Source of the DNA: Candidatus Falkowbacteria bacterium GW2011_GWF2_43_32
Lineage (GTDB): Bacteria; Patescibacteriota; Patescibacteriia; Patescibacteriales; UBA12465
NCBI GenBank assembly: GCA_000999715.1
Contig: LCGL01000001.1
Location: 67,139-131,138 of the forward strand
DNA length: 64,000 bases
Reading direction: 5' to 3'
The position numbers were made by a program, and so were the translations under genes. Of the stretch, positions 59,837-64,000 are shown piece by piece (within the stretch, counting starts at the first letter, position 1; every line of letters starts with the position of its first letter). The notes beneath the pieces were generated by a model. That model was not told the origin of the DNA. It was given only the letters and a program-made list of their open reading frames with translations, and ran no database searches.

Positions 59837-60124
59837 TTACAAAACCCGCTTCACTTTAATCTGTCCGCCCTCCAATTCTCCCTGCTCCAAGGCCGCCCGC
59901 ACTTCTTCTTTGTCCCATTCGCGAATATCATCCGCGCGCCACACGTCAACCAGGCCGCTGACTTGCGCGGTCGGGATGATTTTTTTGGTATCAACTTCAT
60001 TCAAGCGACCGATATATTTCAAAATCAAATCCAGCTGGCCACCGAATTTTTCTGTTTCTTCCGCCGTCAAATCCAAACGGGATAGTTCGGCGATATGTTT
60101 GATTTCTTCGCGCGTGATAGACAT
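59837..60124 (-). CDS. gatC: Asp/Glu-tRNA amidotransferase subunit C
   Basis: ITREEIKHIAELSRL; upstream of gatA. Confidence 0.93.
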   Translation of the reverse strand: MSITREEIKHIAELSRLDLTAEETEKFGGQLDLILKYIGRLNEVDTKKIIPTAQVSGLVDVWRADDIREWDKEEVRAALEQGELEGGQIKVKRVL

Positions 60125-60136
60125 AATTCCTTTATT

Positions 60137-62275
60137 TTATCCTTTAATTATTTGCAAAAATTCTTCTTCCGTCAAAATTTTAATCCCCAATTTCTTCGCT
60201 TGTTCGTATTTGGAGCCCGGGTCGGCGCCGACCACCACATAATCCGTCTCGCGGGTGACATTCTCCTTGGTTTTTCCACCCAATATTTTAATTTTATCCT
60301 TAGCCTCTCCCCTTGTCAAACCGGACAAAGATCCGGTTAACACGAAAACTCGACCGGCCAACTTTTTGCCGGCGAGCGCGGCGGCAGTCGATCCGCTGGC
60401 CGTCGCACGCAGAGTCACGCCGTTATCATGAAATTTTTTCAACAATTCCAAATCATGTTTGTCATGCCAAAAAGCGACGATACTGCGGGCGACAATCGGA
60501 CCGATGTCGGACATTTTTTCCCAATCATCCGCTTGAAATTTTTGACCGGCCCTGATTAATTCCGGAATGCTGATTTTCCCCGACAACCGCAAGGCCTCCG
60601 CCAACAAAGCGGCGGTTTCTTCGCCCACATGTCTGATACCTAAACCGTATATAAAACGCTCCACGGTCAAGACTCGGCGATCGGCCATCATTTTTATGAC
60701 ATTATCCGCTTTCTTCTCGGCGAAACGCTCCAATCCCAACAAATCTTCCTTGCGCAAAACATAAAGATCGGCCGCATCTTTTATCAACCCGGAAGTCAAA
60801 AATTGTTCAATCAATTTCGGTCCCAAGCCCTCCAAATCGGCCGCCCCCTTGGAAACAAAATGTCCGATTCGACGCAAATTAACGGCATAACAACGCTTAT
60901 CGGCGCAACGATAAGCGACTTCGTCTTTTTCCTTGATTACCTCTCCGCCGCACATCGGACAAACTTTAGGCGGAAATATTTCCCGTTCTCGTCCGGTGCG
61001 CAAATTTTTCAACACCGTCAAAACTTTGGGAATCACGTCGCCGGAACGTTCAATGATGACGGTATCGTTTATTTTCAAATCCAAACGGCGAATCTCGTCA
61101 AAATTATGCAAAGTGGAACGACTGATAGTCACCCCGCCGACTTTGACTGGCTCCAACAGTGCCGTCGGCGTCAGAGCGCCGGTGCGCCCGACTTGCCACA
61201 CCACTTCACGCACCTCGGTCGTCGCCTGTTCGGCGGAAAATTTATAGGCCATTTCATAGCGCGGCGCTTTGCCGACCACGCCCAAGACCGGCCACATTTT
61301 TAAATCGTTGACTTTAACCACTACCCCGTCAATATGAAAAGGCAAACGGGCGCGGTTTTTTTCCGTGGCGCGATAGAAAGCGAAGACCGCCGTCAAATCA
61401 ACACTCACGCGATTCTGCCGCAAAGTTTTGATGCCCAACAAAGCACTGAGCTTATCGGCCTGCGCACGCGTCGCAATCGTCTCGCCGCGATTGTAGCCGT
61501 CCAATAATATATCATAGGCATAAAATTCCAACTTCCGTTCCGCCGCGATTTTCGGATCAAGTTGGCGGATGGAACCGGCCACGCCATTCCGCGTGTTGGC
61601 CAACAAAGGCCGCCCCTGGCGCGCGTATTTTTTATTCAATTCCTCGAAAACCGCCTTGGTCATAATCGCTTCCCCGCGAATTTCAATCACGCCCGCCGTC
61701 AGCAACTGCCCAATTTTTGTTCTCGCCGCCTTGTCCAAACCTAAATCAATCAATTCTTTCTCGGTCGGACGGCGCAATTTCAACGGCAAACTGCCGATGG
61801 TTTTAATATTGTTGGTCACGTCTTCGCCGATTTTTCCGTCGCCGCGCGTCGCCGCCCGCACCAAAAGGCCTTGCCGATATTGCAAACTGACGGCCAAACC
61901 GTCCAATTTCAATTCACAATAATATTCCGGCCGAAAACGCCGTCCCAAATAATTATCGTTCCGCTCTTCCCAGGCGCACATTTCTTCTTCGGAAAAAGCG
62001 TCAAACAAAGAAATCATCGGCTCGGAATGTTCAATTTTGGAAAATTTATCCAAAGGCCGGCCGGCCACTCTCTGAGTCGGCGAATCCGGCGTAATCAAAG
62101 TCGGAAATTCCCGTTCCAATCGAAACAACTCGTTTTTCAGACTATCCAGAGCCGCCGGGGCCACGGTTTCGCGGTCCAAGACGTGATAATTATAGCGATG
62201 AAAATCAATTTCTTCCCGCAACTTCGCCGCCCTGATTTTTGCCTCGGAATAGGTCATAAAGGAGTTATAAAACAC
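60137..62275 (-). CDS. ligA: NAD-dependent DNA ligase
   Basis: ELKLDGLA, TRGDG..GEDVT, zinc finger, HhH, BRCT. Confidence 0.97.
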   Translation of the reverse strand: MFYNSFMTYSEAKIRAAKLREEIDFHRYNYHVLDRETVAPAALDSLKNELFRLEREFPTLITPDSPTQRVAGRPLDKFSKIEHSEPMISLFDAFSEEEMCAWEERNDNYLGRRFRPEYYCELKLDGLAVSLQYRQGLLVRAATRGDGKIGEDVTNNIKTIGSLPLKLRRPTEKELIDLGLDKAARTKIGQLLTAGVIEIRGEAIMTKAVFEELNKKYARQGRPLLANTRNGVAGSIRQLDPKIAAERKLEFYAYDILLDGYNRGETIATRAQADKLSALLGIKTLRQNRVSVDLTAVFAFYRATEKNRARLPFHIDGVVVKVNDLKMWPVLGVVGKAPRYEMAYKFSAEQATTEVREVVWQVGRTGALTPTALLEPVKVGGVTISRSTLHNFDEIRRLDLKINDTVIIERSGDVIPKVLTVLKNLRTGREREIFPPKVCPMCGGEVIKEKDEVAYRCADKRCYAVNLRRIGHFVSKGAADLEGLGPKLIEQFLTSGLIKDAADLYVLRKEDLLGLERFAEKKADNVIKMMADRRVLTVERFIYGLGIRHVGEETAALLAEALRLSGKISIPELIRAGQKFQADDWEKMSDIGPIVARSIVAFWHDKHDLELLKKFHDNGVTLRATASGSTAAALAGKKLAGRVFVLTGSLSGLTRGEAKDKIKILGGKTKENVTRETDYVVVGADPGSKYEQAKKLGIKILTEEEFLQIIKG

Positions 62276-62289
62276 TTTTATTATAACAC

Positions 62290-62314
62290 AAAACCCTGTT
62301 TTTAACAGGGTTTT
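62290..62314 (-). terminator. Intrinsic terminator
   Basis: AAAACCCTGTT-ttt-AACAGGGTTTT. Confidence 0.7.
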
Positions 62315-62340
62315 GATAAGGCTTTAAAAACAAACGAAAA

Positions 62341-62556
62341 CTATTCTTCGGTCGCGGCCGGAGCGTTCTGGCCGGTGGCGCTGTTGATGAAAGTCACCAC
62401 TTCGCCGATCGTTTGAGAATTCTGAGCGGTCGCTTGGCTCAATTGATTGACGGCGGCAATCTGGCTATTCAAACGAGCGTTAAATTGCCAGAAAATCATT
62501 ACCAAGGCACCTAAAACGATACCGACGATTAAAGGAAATACAATGTCTCTTCTCAT
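62341..62556 (-). CDS. Small single-pass membrane protein
   Basis: Start placed at MRRDIVF; TM helix then coiled coil. Confidence 0.65.
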   Translation of the reverse strand: MRRDIVFPLIVGIVLGALVMIFWQFNARLNSQIAAVNQLSQATAQNSQTIGEVVTFINSATGQNAPAATEE

Positions 62557-62647
62557 AGTTTTATTATCCGACGCGCGACGGGAAACGCTTGTCTCCGCCG
62601 GATCGGTTATATTACTTTTTATATTATTTTTTGTACCGACAAGAACC

Positions 62648-62854
62648 TTAGTTCTGGTTGTTCTGGGCATTGAGATTGGTGTTTAGGAAATTAACGACGG
62701 CGGCGGTTTTGTTGGAATCTTCAATGATGGTCGTTTGCATGGCCATCATCTTCTTGTCCAAGCGATTCAGCTGGACATAAAAATAAACGAACACGGCGGC
62801 GATCAAAACCATAATTATGGCGGTGACAATCGGCCCGATCAAGGTTTTTTTCAT
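62648..62854 (-). CDS. Small single-pass membrane protein
   Basis: TM helix then coiled coil; similar to neighbouring ORF. Confidence 0.65.
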   Translation of the reverse strand: MKKTLIGPIVTAIIMVLIAAVFVYFYVQLNRLDKKMMAMQTTIIEDSNKTAAVVNFLNTNLNAQNNQN

Positions 62855-62971
62855 AATGATAGATTTATTAAAATTTTTGAAGCTATGATAATTATAACAA
62901 TTTTAAAATAAGGGGTCAAGAAACCACTATCATTAATATTGCAATAATTAGCTCTCGTCTTTATATATTTC

Positions 62972-64000
62972 TTATTCAAGCCCCGCTCCTCCGCCTCCCG
63001 GATATTTCACCACCATTTTAGACACACTGCCATCGGTATTGACGGTCCACATGCTGGTACTGTTATCAAAAGCAATATCAACAGGCGAAGAGGAAAAAGC
63101 GGGGTCTATATACTCAGTAGCCGTTCCGGTTGATGTGACACGGATAAGGCCGTGACCGGCAGCAAATGATTGGGCGGTAGTCCAAATATCAGTGTTGTCA
63201 TAAGCTAAAGCATTAGCCCAATAATCATTCAGGATAATAGTAAAATTCGTCGTCGTTCCAGTTGATTTGGTCATTCTGGTCACATGACCATGGCCGCTAC
63301 CATACGTCATCCATAAATAACTACCGGCATTAACAATATCGGTGGGAGCGGTTACCAAAGGATATGTCGCCAATACGCTACCTAAATTACTGATTTTAAC
63401 AATAGCGGGCGAATTTGATGTGGCTACCCACAAATAAGTTCCGTCATGAGCTAAAGCGTTAGGCTTATAACCAGCTAAATCAATAAGCATAGGCGTTCCG
63501 GTTAGAGTAACCCTGAACACACTTTCATCAAAAGTATTCGCCGTCCACATATATCCGCCGCCATAAGTAATTGCAAACGGCTCTAGACCAATGTTATATT
63601 CAGCCACCAAACTACCATTAGTCGCAACTTTAGTGACCGTATCACTGTTCTCATTGGCTGTCCAAAGATTAGTGCCGTCAAAAGCGATATCAGTCGGATA
63701 TCGATTATTGCCCCAGCCATTCAACGTATAGCCGGTCATAGCGCCGCTAGACGAAATTTTAGTTATACTATTAGTAGCATCATTGTTAGCCACCCACATA
63801 TTCGTCCCGTCATAAGCGATCGCCCTCGGGATATCGTCGGTGGGGCCAGAATAAGTAATCACCGAGCCGATGCAACCGGTGATAACGACGCCGGTCGGAG
63901 GATTGGCGATAAAAGAATTCCATTCCGTCGCGGTCTTGGTGGGAACGAAATAATCGTTGGTCACGGAATCGTTAGTGACATATTTACAGGGACCGCCGAC
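62972..64000 (-). CDS. Beta-propeller repeat (Vgb/NHL-like) surface protein, 5' end outside window
   Basis: Repeated P..IA.DG..(L/M)W.AN blades; frame stays open to the window edge. Confidence 0.8.
   Translation of the reverse strand, partial: VGGPCKYVTNDSVTNDYFVPTKTATEWNSFIANPPTGVVITGCIGSVITYSGPTDDIPRAIAYDGTNMWVANNDATNSITKISSSGAMTGYTLNGWGNNRYPTDIAFDGTNLWTANENSDTVTKVATNGSLVAEYNIGLEPFAITYGGGYMWTANTFDESVFRVTLTGTPMLIDLAGYKPNALAHDGTYLWVATSNSPAIVKISNLGSVLATYPLVTAPTDIVNAGSYLWMTYGSGHGHVTRMTKSTGTTTNFTIILNDYWANALAYDNTDIWTTAQSFAAGHGLIRVTSTGTATEYIDPAFSSSPVDIAFDNSTSMWTVNTDGSVSKMVVKYPGGGGAGLE

Noticed and set aside
1..64000. CRISPR array or rRNA
   Set aside because: No regularly spaced repeats with unique spacers, no cas genes and no rRNA-like sequence seen.

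Overview
Chromosomal window from what looks like a Patescibacteria/CPR (Parcubacteria-type) genome. This is inferred from gene content, CPR-style repeat domains and a tRNA lacking encoded CCA. About 1-32.3 kb and 57.5-64 kb are GC-richer housekeeping DNA: rml genes, mreBCD, proS, ruvA, ileS, secA, class I RNR, hpf, rseP, frr, holB, glycosyltransferases, rpsD, gatAC and ligA. Between them is a ~24 kb AT-rich accessory region accreted at the 3' end of tRNA-Ser(GGA). It carries a RecD-like helicase, a LexA-like repressor, a ParB-methylase/terminase/serine-recombinase module without virion genes, a type I R-M system and a complete diversity-generating retroelement (DGR). The DGR has RT, Avd, a 130-bp template repeat and two target genes (one adjacent, one ~14.7 kb away), each with 20 adenine-specific substitutions by manual alignment. 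Most striking: avd is antisense to and overlaps the RT start. One C15/G15 tract lies both inside the avd reading frame and in the -35/-10 spacer of a putative leaderless RT promoter, a candidate phase-variable switch for hypermutation. All calls come from reading the sequence and ORF track; no database searches were run.
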